A stretch of 23,874 nucleotides of DNA, taken from NCBI GenBank assembly GCA_049973735.1, contig JBMFJL010000004.1:1-23874 (forward strand), given 5' to 3'. Shown piece by piece: positions 7,502 to 14,986 of this stretch. The translations under genes were made by a program, and so were the position numbers. The notes beneath the pieces are model-generated. The model was not told the DNA's origin, did not search any database, and saw nothing but the letters and a program-made list of their open reading frames with translations. Positions within the stretch are counted from its first letter, which is position 1. Every line of letters starts with the position of its first letter. Origin of the DNA: Nanopusillaceae archaeon. GTDB taxonomy: Archaea; Nanobdellota; Nanobdellia; Nanobdellales; Nanobdellaceae.

Positions 7502-8329
7502 GTGGAGGAAAGATTTGTAAGAGTGACAGATATAACAGATTATTTATTTTGTCCTAGAAAGGTTTATCTTAAAAGAGTTTTGGGTTATGAGGAAGAAACA
7601 AATGAAAAAAAGATATTTGGATCGATAGTACATAACATTTTGGATAATTTAAATGAGAGGGAATATGAAATTGTCTATAATATAAAGGAAAATAGAGGAT
7701 ACGAATATGTAAAAAAATTATATGAAGATTTTGTTTTAGAATTAATTGATAAATCTATAAAAAAATTTGAGAAAGATATAAAAAAACTAAATATAGATGT
7801 GGAAAAAATTAAATTTCAAGTATTTTCTTATATATATAAAGAAATAGAAGATAGATCGAAAAATATATTTAATTTCATGAGCGAAAATGATTTATATGGT
7901 ATAGAGTTATGGTATTCTTTGGAACCAAAGATTTTGACAGAATTCGATACAATATCTAGAAAGTATAATATAATTGGTAGAGTTGATAGAATAGAAAAAT
8001 ATAATAAAAGAAAAGAAATTATTCCATATGAAATAAAATCGGGATTTTTCAGTAGAGATCATATAACTCAAATATATACCTATTATTTATTGTTGAAAGA
8101 TGAGTTCCCAGATTATAAAATATACAAAGGATATATCTATTATGTTAAAGATAATAAAAAATTTGAAATAGAATTTACAAATAAAAACGAGATAAAAAGA
8201 ATTTTGGAAATAAAGGATAAAATATTAGATATGATTGAAAGTGAGAAAGATCCGGGAAAAGTATATAAAGAAAAATGCCAAAAATGTGTATTTTACAATG
8301 TTTGTTGGAAAAATGGAAATAAAAATTGA
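7502..8329 (+). CDS. Cas4-family / RecB-like PD-(D/E)xK exonuclease with a 4-Cys Fe-S motif (stand-alone, GTG start)
   Basis: N-terminal ITDYLFCPRKVYLKRVLG. Nuclease core GRVDRIEKY...IIPYEIKSG. QIYTYYLLL (QxxxY). C-terminal CQKCVFYNVCW (Cx2Cx5C). This is the classic Cas4/DUF83 layout. Confidence 0.82.
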   Translation: MEERFVRVTDITDYLFCPRKVYLKRVLGYEEETNEKKIFGSIVHNILDNLNEREYEIVYNIKENRGYEYVKKLYEDFVLELIDKSIKKFEKDIKKLNIDVEKIKFQVFSYIYKEIEDRSKNIFNFMSENDLYGIELWYSLEPKILTEFDTISRKYNIIGRVDRIEKYNKRKEIIPYEIKSGFFSRDHITQIYTYYLLLKDEFPDYKIYKGYIYYVKDNKKFEIEFTNKNEIKRILEIKDKILDMIESEKDPGKVYKEKCQKCVFYNVCWKNGNKN

Positions 8330-9107
8330 CATAACTAAAAGTATATACGAGAATATTAACGATATTTATGAAAAAATTAAAGAATTAAAAAGAAAAAAGG
8401 AAAAAATAGAAGAAGTAATTAAAGAATTGGAAAATAAATTGAATAATATTGAAGAAAATATAAAAATTGAAAAGAAAAAAGAAGAAAAAAAGAGAAATAA
8501 AAAATGGTATGAAAAGTTCAGATGGATGATAACTTCTAATAATTTTCTTTTGATTGCTGGTAGGGACAGCAAGCAGAATGAACTATTAATAAATAAATAT
8601 TTAGAGGAAAACGATTTAGTATTTCATGCAGATATAGTCGGATCTCCGTTTGGTATATTAAAAAATGGGAAAAATGCAAAAGAGCAAGATATATATGAAG
8701 CAGCGAAATTCGTTGGATCATATTCTAGAGCATGGAAAATCAAATTATCCTCAGTAGACGTATATTATGTATATCCTGAACAAGTGTCTAAAACTGCACC
8801 ATCTGGCATGTATATTAAAAAAGGGTCATTTATGATATATGGAAAGAGGAATTATATAAAAGTAAAGCTTGAAATTGCATTGGGATTTGAAGAATATACT
8901 GTAATTCCTGGTATACCGGAGAATATAGTCAACAGGTATAAAAGTTATGTTATACTAGTCCCTGGAAATAAAAAACCATTGGAAATTGCCAAAGAATTAA
9001 GTAAAGTTTTTAAAGTTGATGTAGAAGATATAATAAGATATCTTCCTGGTGACAGTGATATATACTTATTGCAGGATGGTAACATTTATAAAGATTACCG
9101 TCAATGA
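8313..9107 (+). CDS. NFACT-R (DUF814) protein, equal to the C-terminal half of the archaeal NEMF/Rqc2 ribosome-quality-control homologue (coiled coil + NFACT-R only)
   Basis: KWYEKFRWMITSNNFLLIAGRDSKQNELLINKYLEENDLVFHADIVGSPFGILK, AAKFVGSYSRAWKIKLSSVDVYYVYPEQVSKTAPSGMYIKKGSFMIYGKRNYIKV. The ORF is open from 8235. ATG 8313 (MEIKIDITK...) cuts the overlap with the upstream gene from 95 to 17 nt. Confidence 0.8.
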   Translation: MEIKIDITKSIYENINDIYEKIKELKRKKEKIEEVIKELENKLNNIEENIKIEKKKEEKKRNKKWYEKFRWMITSNNFLLIAGRDSKQNELLINKYLEENDLVFHADIVGSPFGILKNGKNAKEQDIYEAAKFVGSYSRAWKIKLSSVDVYYVYPEQVSKTAPSGMYIKKGSFMIYGKRNYIKVKLEIALGFEEYTVIPGIPENIVNRYKSYVILVPGNKKPLEIAKELSKVFKVDVEDIIRYLPGDSDIYLLQDGNIYKDYRQ

Positions 9108-11095
9108 TTATTATTATGAACCAATCAGGCAAACTATTTAAAAGGTTAGTATTTTTGTTACCGTTATTAGTAGTAGCAGCAACAGGAGTACATGCAGAGA
9201 AAATAATAATAGAGCCAATGACAGCAAATCTATTAGCAAACTATATAGATAATGGATTAACATTTACAGTAAAGTTGTTCGATGTAAATGGCACACCAAT
9301 AGAGTCAGATTTGTACTTTAATATATATGATCAGAATGGACAATTAATTTATCAGTACTATAGATCAATTGATGTATCATGCTGCATTGTACAACCAAAT
9401 AAATCAGGAGGTGCACCATGTGTATATCAAATACCAGTAAATCCACAAGTTTTACAACAATTATTACAGACACAAAGAACAGAATGTGGCAATAATTATT
9501 ACTGTTCTACATCTACACCATCAAATTCATTTAGAGTAGAAGCAAAAGTAGCATTAGTATACAAAGGAGGAAATGTAACTACTGTAACTAATTCTTCAGT
9601 TTATAACTTAGTATATGTACCATACAATTTATCATTACAAATGATACAATTACCACCAACAATTTCAAAACAATACTTATTACAATATGGATTGAACTTA
9701 CAATCAATAGTATATCTACAGAATTCTGAAACAAGAATACAGAAATCAACATTGATGGTAACATTGTATGATTCAACAGGTAAGATATTATATCAAACAC
9801 AACAAGATGTAAGATTGACTCCAGGAGAAAACTTATTAACAGTTCCAGTATCTGGAGGATATTTTGCAGATGTATCTGGAAAGGTATTTGTAGAAGAGCA
9901 ATTAACAATAGTATTAGTCAATGGAAAGGTATTGACAGATAAAAAGACAGGATACTTCTATGTATCTGATAATCAATTTGGAGGAGCATTAGAATTAATG
10001 TCAATATCACCAGATTTCACAAAAATGACAAACTTAGAACCAAATAAATTCTATACAGTACAATTATTATTCAATAATCCATCGAGAGTATCATTAACAG
10101 CAGCAGTTCAATTGTTAGTATATGATCAATATGGAAACATAGTAGTAAATCAAAAGTCCTCAAATACAATAGGATCAAACCAACAAGGATCCGTATTTGT
10201 ACCATTCAGTACATATGGTTTAAAACCAGGATACTACCTATTAAAATTATACATATACCAGAATGATGCATTAGTAGATCAAAGAGAATATACAGTAACA
10301 GTAAATGCAGATTCTATAAATGCAGTAAGAGTATTAAGAGTAGATTTGAATACATTTGATGTAAAGCCAGGATCATTCATAAAATTATATGTATACTTAA
10401 AGAGCAACTTACCAATGGATGTACAAGTAACACCAACAGTAATGTCAAAAGAATTAAACCTATATCAGCAATTATCTACAATAACATTATCTCCAAACTA
10501 TGAAACACAATTGCCAGTAGTAATATATATACCAGCAGGATTGAAAGCAGGATATTATCCAGTTAAATTAGTATTTGACTACAATGGAGTAAGACAAGAA
10601 TACACATATGAATTATATGTAAATGGAACAGTACCAGTTTATTATCCAGTAAAGGCAGCATTAATTGGACCATCTGTAGTAGGAACAAATACAACATTTG
10701 ACATAGTAATAGTATCAAATTCAACACAAATATATACAGTAGATGTTTATCTAGATGTTGATGGTGGATATGCAATGCCAAGCCAAGCAAGAGTACAAAT
10801 AGGAGGATATTACTCTGAAAAAATACCAGTAAATATAACAGCAACAAGCTCAAATGTAACAGTAAAGGTTAGAGTAGTAAATGCAGATACAGGAGAAGAG
10901 TTGTATACATTTACACAATCATTACAAGGACAACCAGCACAAAGGATAACAACACAACAAGCAACACCAGATTTGTTCAGAGGAATAACATTCTGGATAC
11001 TAGTAGTAATAGCATTAGTAATAATAGGATTAATAATATATGAATCAAGAAGAAGAAAAGGAAAAGAAAAGAAAGGTAAAGAAGTAGAAGAATAA
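9104..11095 (+). CDS. Secreted, C-terminally membrane-anchored surface (S-layer-like) glycoprotein candidate with repeated beta-sandwich-like modules
   Basis: Signal peptide LFKRLVFLLPLLVVAATGVHA/EK. C-terminal TM ITFWILVVIALVIIGLIIY followed by RRRKGKEKKGKEVEE. Many N-x-S/T sequons. Recurring motif hhhh-[YF]-D-x-x-G-x-hh-Y (VKLFDVNGT, YFNIYDQNGQLIYQ, MVTLYDSTGKILYQ, QLLVYDQYGNIVV, VRVVNADTGEELY). Codon choice (cca/gta/aca/gca/caa) resembles the EF-2 gene. Confidence 0.7.
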   Translation: MIIIMNQSGKLFKRLVFLLPLLVVAATGVHAEKIIIEPMTANLLANYIDNGLTFTVKLFDVNGTPIESDLYFNIYDQNGQLIYQYYRSIDVSCCIVQPNKSGGAPCVYQIPVNPQVLQQLLQTQRTECGNNYYCSTSTPSNSFRVEAKVALVYKGGNVTTVTNSSVYNLVYVPYNLSLQMIQLPPTISKQYLLQYGLNLQSIVYLQNSETRIQKSTLMVTLYDSTGKILYQTQQDVRLTPGENLLTVPVSGGYFADVSGKVFVEEQLTIVLVNGKVLTDKKTGYFYVSDNQFGGALELMSISPDFTKMTNLEPNKFYTVQLLFNNPSRVSLTAAVQLLVYDQYGNIVVNQKSSNTIGSNQQGSVFVPFSTYGLKPGYYLLKLYIYQNDALVDQREYTVTVNADSINAVRVLRVDLNTFDVKPGSFIKLYVYLKSNLPMDVQVTPTVMSKELNLYQQLSTITLSPNYETQLPVVIYIPAGLKAGYYPVKLVFDYNGVRQEYTYELYVNGTVPVYYPVKAALIGPSVVGTNTTFDIVIVSNSTQIYTVDVYLDVDGGYAMPSQARVQIGGYYSEKIPVNITATSSNVTVKVRVVNADTGEELYTFTQSLQGQPAQRITTQQATPDLFRGITFWILVVIALVIIGLIIYESRRRKGKEKKGKEVEE

Positions 11096-11098
11096 GGT

Positions 11099-11119
11099 CT
11101 TTATTTTTTATCTGTTTTT
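11099..11119 (+). terminator. Oligo-T archaeal terminator after the surface-protein gene
   Basis: ctttattttttatctgttttt lies immediately after the TAA at 11093-11095. T-runs of this kind are the usual archaeal termination signal. Confidence 0.45.
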
Positions 11120-11161
11120 AAAATTTCATCATTTTTCAGCCTGGGACGGTTTCTTCATGAT

Positions 11162-11217
11162 TGTACCCCTGCCAACTCTACCTTTTCATTAGATCGAAGG
11201 TAACCCTCGGCAGGGGC
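11162..11217 (-). ncRNA. Candidate single-hairpin archaeal H/ACA box guide sRNA
   Basis: Minus-strand RNA: GCCCCUGCC-GAGGGU-UACCUU-CGAUCUAAUGAA-AAGGUA-GAGUU-GGCAGGGGU-ACA. That is a 9-bp GC-rich lower stem, an internal loop (6+5 nt pocket), a 6-bp upper stem, and an apical loop with tandem G.A/A.G (K-loop-like, GAUCUAAUGA). ACA follows the lower stem directly, 14 nt from the upper stem. It is the only GC-rich island in a 182-nt AT-rich spacer between convergent genes. Confidence 0.6.
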
Positions 11218-11277
11218 ATTATTTTAAATTATATTAAAATTTAATATTACTTATTTATTTAAAACTTTTTATTTTGA

Positions 11278-11958
11278 TTACTCTAAATGAGCCTTTTTAA
11301 TTATATACTCAGCATAATTTTTTTCTACTCTAATTTCATATTCATCAATAACAATTTCTTTTTTAAATAATGGTTGATATAATACGAATGTTTCATATTC
11401 TCCACCTTCTCCAACCAAGTTTATTTTGTATTTTTTATTATAGTCTATTAGTTTGTTCAGAATGTTTTTATCAAAAATCTTCCCAAGGATACTAATATCT
11501 AAAGGATAAGCATACCAGCCGGTTATTATAAATTTAAAATTATTTCTTAATAATTCATTTAAGTATTCTATTTCATCCTTTAACCATAGAGGATTAAAAC
11601 ACGATAAGTTTAGCTTTTTACATATTTTTTGGAATCTTGTTGCTTGATATTCTGATCTTATTGCTCCGGTAACTACTCCTTCAATTTTATATTCTTCTTT
11701 CAAATATTCTAATGCATTTTCAAGCGTTTTTTCTTCATCAAGATCGCTATGAAATATTTCTATTGGAATTTCTAGGGCTTCTGCCTGTAATCTAGTATAT
11801 TCATGGTTTATATAATGATATAAATAACTCTCACTATTTTTAGGTACAATATTTAATAAAACTTTAATTTTATGAGATTTTGACGCTATATATAAAGAAT
11901 AATTTGAGTCTTTTCCACCAGAATATAAAACTGCTAAGTTCATCCTAAAATTATCCAA
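11278..11958 (-). CDS. dph6: Diphthine-ammonia ligase (Dph6 / MJ0570-type PP-loop ATPase). The likely true start is ATG 11943, an ATGA overlap with the upstream stop.
   Basis: MNLAVLYSGGKDS (PP-loop SGGKDS), VVTGAIRSEYQ, LWLKDE, VGEGGEYETFVL. These are characteristic motifs of the diphthamide synthetase family. Confidence 0.85.
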   Translation of the reverse strand: MDNFRMNLAVLYSGGKDSNYSLYIASKSHKIKVLLNIVPKNSESYLYHYINHEYTRLQAEALEIPIEIFHSDLDEEKTLENALEYLKEEYKIEGVVTGAIRSEYQATRFQKICKKLNLSCFNPLWLKDEIEYLNELLRNNFKFIITGWYAYPLDISILGKIFDKNILNKLIDYNKKYKINLVGEGGEYETFVLYQPLFKKEIVIDEYEIRVEKNYAEYIIKKAHLE

Positions 11959-12566
11959 TTGGTTCTATAATTTATCATCTGACGGATCAAATTATCTAGA
12001 TAATCATCTGATAGTCTTGTTACATTAATTTCACATTCTCCAATACAATATAGATTATTATTATAACTTATTATATAAGTCTCTCCAATAGATAGATTTA
12101 CTATAAAGTTATTAAAATCAAAATATTGTTTAACAATTAGGATAGGATATGAAATATTTATGTAGTATGTTTTATTATAACAAAATGGATTACAAGGATA
12201 GCAAATATTTTCATTACAGTTCATTGTGCATGCTATAGGTATACATGTTTCAACCGTTTCATTAATTACAATATTTTCATTACATATAATTACATCTGAA
12301 GTATTTAGGTAATCTATAAAAATTAATGCATCATTGAAGTTTATTGCAATATCTACAGGATGAATTATAAAATAGCTGTTGCTCGAATTTAATTTATAAC
12401 ATCCATATTTATAAAAAATAATTCTTTGTGCAGATATATTTTGATCATTTATGCTCAAAACAACATTTTCTGTATAATAGTCACCTACTTTAGATAAATT
12501 TGAAAGTAAAAATAAAATAACTAATGATAATATCGCATATATGATCAATTTAAGATTTTTTATCAT
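11940..12566 (-). CDS. Hypothetical secreted or signal-anchored Cys/Asn/Tyr-rich protein
   Basis: 208 aa. N-terminal hydrophobic anchor LKLIIYAILSLVILFLLS. A 12+ Cys ectodomain (CIPIACTMNCNENICYPCNPFCYNKTYY, LYCIGECEIN) with many N-x-S/T sequons. No family recognised. Confidence 0.55.
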   Translation of the reverse strand: MIKNLKLIIYAILSLVILFLLSNLSKVGDYYTENVVLSINDQNISAQRIIFYKYGCYKLNSSNSYFIIHPVDIAINFNDALIFIDYLNTSDVIICNENIVINETVETCIPIACTMNCNENICYPCNPFCYNKTYYINISYPILIVKQYFDFNNFIVNLSIGETYIISYNNNLYCIGECEINVTRLSDDYLDNLIRQMINYRTNWIILG

Positions 12567-12709
12567 AAAATAATTTTTATAATATTTTTATATAAATTTT
12601 GGTGGCCGAGACCTTTGTATTATTCATTTATTATATGTTTATTCAAAATAATCAGAATTTAAATTAGAAATTATAATAGGGATAATTTTTAAATTCTTGC
12701 TTTTCATGG

Positions 12710-12718
12710 TTTATAAAA
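12710..12718 (+). promoter_or_regulatory. TATA box of the EF-2 gene (leaderless transcript predicted)
   Basis: tttataaaa is centred about 26 nt upstream of the ATG at 12740, the canonical archaeal TATA-to-TSS spacing. This places the TSS at or next to the start codon. Confidence 0.45.
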
Positions 12719-12739
12719 TATTTTAAATTAAAATAGTAA

Positions 12740-14944
12740 ATGGCAACTATTACCGAGAGAGTATTGAAATTAATGAATAACCCAAATAATATTAGAAACA
12801 TAGGGATAATAGCGCATATCCATCATGGAAAAACAACATTGACAGATTCTCTATTAGCGGGTGCAGGAATGTTGGCAGAAGAACTAGCCGGAGAAGCTAT
12901 GTTTACATGGTGGCATGAAACTGAAAAAGAAAGGGAGATGACAGTTTATGGTGCCGCAGTATCGATGGTTCATGAATATGAAGGACAGGATTATTTAATT
13001 AATCTAATAGATACGCCTGGTCATGTAGAATTTTCTGGACAAGTTACTAGAGCTGCTAGAGCAATCGATGGTGCAATAGTTGTAGTAGATTTTGTTGATG
13101 GTGTTATGCCTCAGACAGAATCTGTACTGAGAACCGCATTGAAAGAATATGTAAAACCTGTATTATTTATAAATAAAACTGATAGAGCTATTACTGAATT
13201 AAAATTATCTCCTCAACAGATTATGGAAAGAATTGGAAAAATAGTGATTGAAGTAAATAGATTAATCGATAAATATTCACCCGCAGAATTTAAAGGTAAG
13301 TGGTTGGTAAATGTAAATGATGGATCTGTAGCATTTGGTTCTGCAAAATTCCATTGGGCACTATCCGTTCCATTTATGAAAAAATATAATGTATCATTCA
13401 AAGATGTAATAGAAATATATAATAAGTATGGTAATGATAAGGAAAAATTGAAGGAAGAAATGAGAAAGAAGGCACCTGTTGCTAAGGTTGTTTTGGATAT
13501 GGTAATAAGGCATTTGCCATCTCCTGTTGAAGCTCAAAAATATAGAATACCACATATATGGAAGGGAGAAATAGAATCTGAAGTAGGCAAAGCAATGTTA
13601 AACTTAGATCCAAATGGACCATTAATAATAAATGTTACAAATGTAATAATTGATAAAGTATCAAAGCAAGAAATTGCAACTGCAAGGATATTTTCTGGAA
13701 CATTATCTAAAGGTGATGATGTATTTTTATCTCAGGCAAATAGACAAATAAAGATACAACAAGTAGCTATATGGAAGGGAATACAGAGGATAAATGTAGA
13801 TTATGCAAAAGCCGGAAACATTATTGCATTAGTTGGAATCAAAGGATTATATCCTGGAGAAACAATTATTGGAAAGGTACAAGATCCAAAGTCTGTAGCA
13901 ACTTTTGAAGAGCTGAAACACTGGTTAGAACCAGTAGTTACAAAATCTTTTGAACCAAAGAATCCAAATGATTTACCAAAATTAATTGAAACATTAGAAT
14001 TAATTAAAAGGGAAGACCCAACAATAAAAGTAGAGCAAAGAAAGGATACAGGAGAAATATTGGTATCTGGTTTGGGAGATTTGCATTTACAAATAATAGA
14101 ATATAGAGTACAAAATGATTTTGGAATACCAATAAAGGTTGGAGAACCAATTGTAGTATACAGAGAATCTGTATTAAAGCAAACTCAGATACATGAAGGA
14201 AAATCTCCAAACAAACATAATAAACTATATTTCCAAGTAGAACCATTGCCACCAGAGATTTATGAAAAACTTAGAGAATATATAAGGGAAGGAAAGATAC
14301 CGGAAGGAAGGATTAAGAAAGAAGATTTGTGGAAGGTATTTGCAGAAATAGGATTTGATAAAGAAGAAGCAAGAAGAATAATAATGGTATGGAATGGAAA
14401 TGTATTGATTGATATGACTAGAGGTATAGTACATTTGCCAGAGGTAATAGAATATATAGTAGAAGGATTTAAGGAAGTAATGGAACAAGGACCAATAGCT
14501 TGGGAACCTGGAATAATGATGAAAGTAAAATTGATTGATGCTGTGTTACATGAAGATGCCATACACAGAGGTCCAGCTCAAATAATACCTGCTGCAAAAG
14601 ATGCAATAAAGGAGGCAATATTGGAACAGGCAGTTTTATATGAACCATTACAAATCATAAGAGTAGATGCACCACCAGAAAATGTAGGAGACGTAAGTTC
14701 ATTATTACAATCTAGAAGAGGACAAATAATTGAGATGAATATGGAAGAGGATAGAGTAATAATAAAGGCAAAGATCCCTGTAGCAAATATGTTTGGATTT
14801 ACAGATGAGTTAAGATCTGTAACATCTGGAAAAGGTGTATGGTTCTTGGAAGATCAGGTATTCGAAAAGGTACCAAGAGATTTGCAAGAACAAATTATAC
14901 AAAATATAAGAAAAAGAAAGGGAATACCAGAGGGGGTTCACTAA
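12740..14944 (+). CDS. fusA: Translation elongation factor 2 (aEF-2)
   Basis: IRNIGIIAHIHHGKTTLTDSLL (G1), LINLIDTPGHVEF (G3), FINKTDR (G4), diphthamide loop HEDAIHRGPAQ. 734 aa, full length. Confidence 0.97.
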   Translation: MATITERVLKLMNNPNNIRNIGIIAHIHHGKTTLTDSLLAGAGMLAEELAGEAMFTWWHETEKEREMTVYGAAVSMVHEYEGQDYLINLIDTPGHVEFSGQVTRAARAIDGAIVVVDFVDGVMPQTESVLRTALKEYVKPVLFINKTDRAITELKLSPQQIMERIGKIVIEVNRLIDKYSPAEFKGKWLVNVNDGSVAFGSAKFHWALSVPFMKKYNVSFKDVIEIYNKYGNDKEKLKEEMRKKAPVAKVVLDMVIRHLPSPVEAQKYRIPHIWKGEIESEVGKAMLNLDPNGPLIINVTNVIIDKVSKQEIATARIFSGTLSKGDDVFLSQANRQIKIQQVAIWKGIQRINVDYAKAGNIIALVGIKGLYPGETIIGKVQDPKSVATFEELKHWLEPVVTKSFEPKNPNDLPKLIETLELIKREDPTIKVEQRKDTGEILVSGLGDLHLQIIEYRVQNDFGIPIKVGEPIVVYRESVLKQTQIHEGKSPNKHNKLYFQVEPLPPEIYEKLREYIREGKIPEGRIKKEDLWKVFAEIGFDKEEARRIIMVWNGNVLIDMTRGIVHLPEVIEYIVEGFKEVMEQGPIAWEPGIMMKVKLIDAVLHEDAIHRGPAQIIPAAKDAIKEAILEQAVLYEPLQIIRVDAPPENVGDVSSLLQSRRGQIIEMNMEEDRVIIKAKIPVANMFGFTDELRSVTSGKGVWFLEDQVFEKVPRDLQEQIIQNIRKRKGIPEGVH

Positions 14945-14986
14945 TTTTAAAAAAATTTTTATACCACATTAAAAATTTTTAATTTT

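Noticed and set aside
8235-8312. Upstream ATG at 8235 as the start of the NFACT-R gene (the ORF-track start)
   Set aside because: It would overlap the Cas4-like gene by 95 nt and add a basic, low-complexity leader (MKVRKIREKYIKKNAKNVYFTMFVGK) with no counterpart in NEMF proteins. ATG 8313 (or 8298) gives the short overlap typical of this genome. The start cannot be settled without N-terminal or ribosome-profiling data.
7502-8329. Possible CRISPR-Cas locus, because of the Cas4-family gene
   Set aside because: No direct-repeat/spacer array and no other cas gene are visible anywhere in the 23.9-kb window. The gene is treated as an orphan Cas4-like nuclease.
11136-11158. Directly 3' of the H/ACA-like ACA box the minus strand reads AUGAAGA-N12(AACCGUCCCAGG)-CUGA, which looks like a C'/D half of a C/D box guide and could suggest a composite H/ACA-C/D RNA
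   Set aside because: The C-like box has a mismatch (AUGAAGA vs AUGAUGA). There is no partner C box or D' box at the required spacing upstream, since the hairpin occupies that space. A 7+4-nt pattern with one mismatch is easy to find by chance. It is worth a glance in RNA-seq data but is not callable from sequence.
12601-12613. Isolated GC-rich 13-mer GGTGGCCGAGACC in the AT-rich divergent spacer upstream of EF-2. GGTGGCCGAG resembles the D-arm of tRNA-Ser/Leu, so I considered a tRNA or split-tRNA half.
   Set aside because: The flanking sequence cannot form an acceptor stem (aaatttt), an anticodon arm or a T-arm. There is no GC-rich joining sequence of the kind used by split tRNA halves. It may be a regulator-binding site next to the TATA of the 12566 gene, or simply chance.
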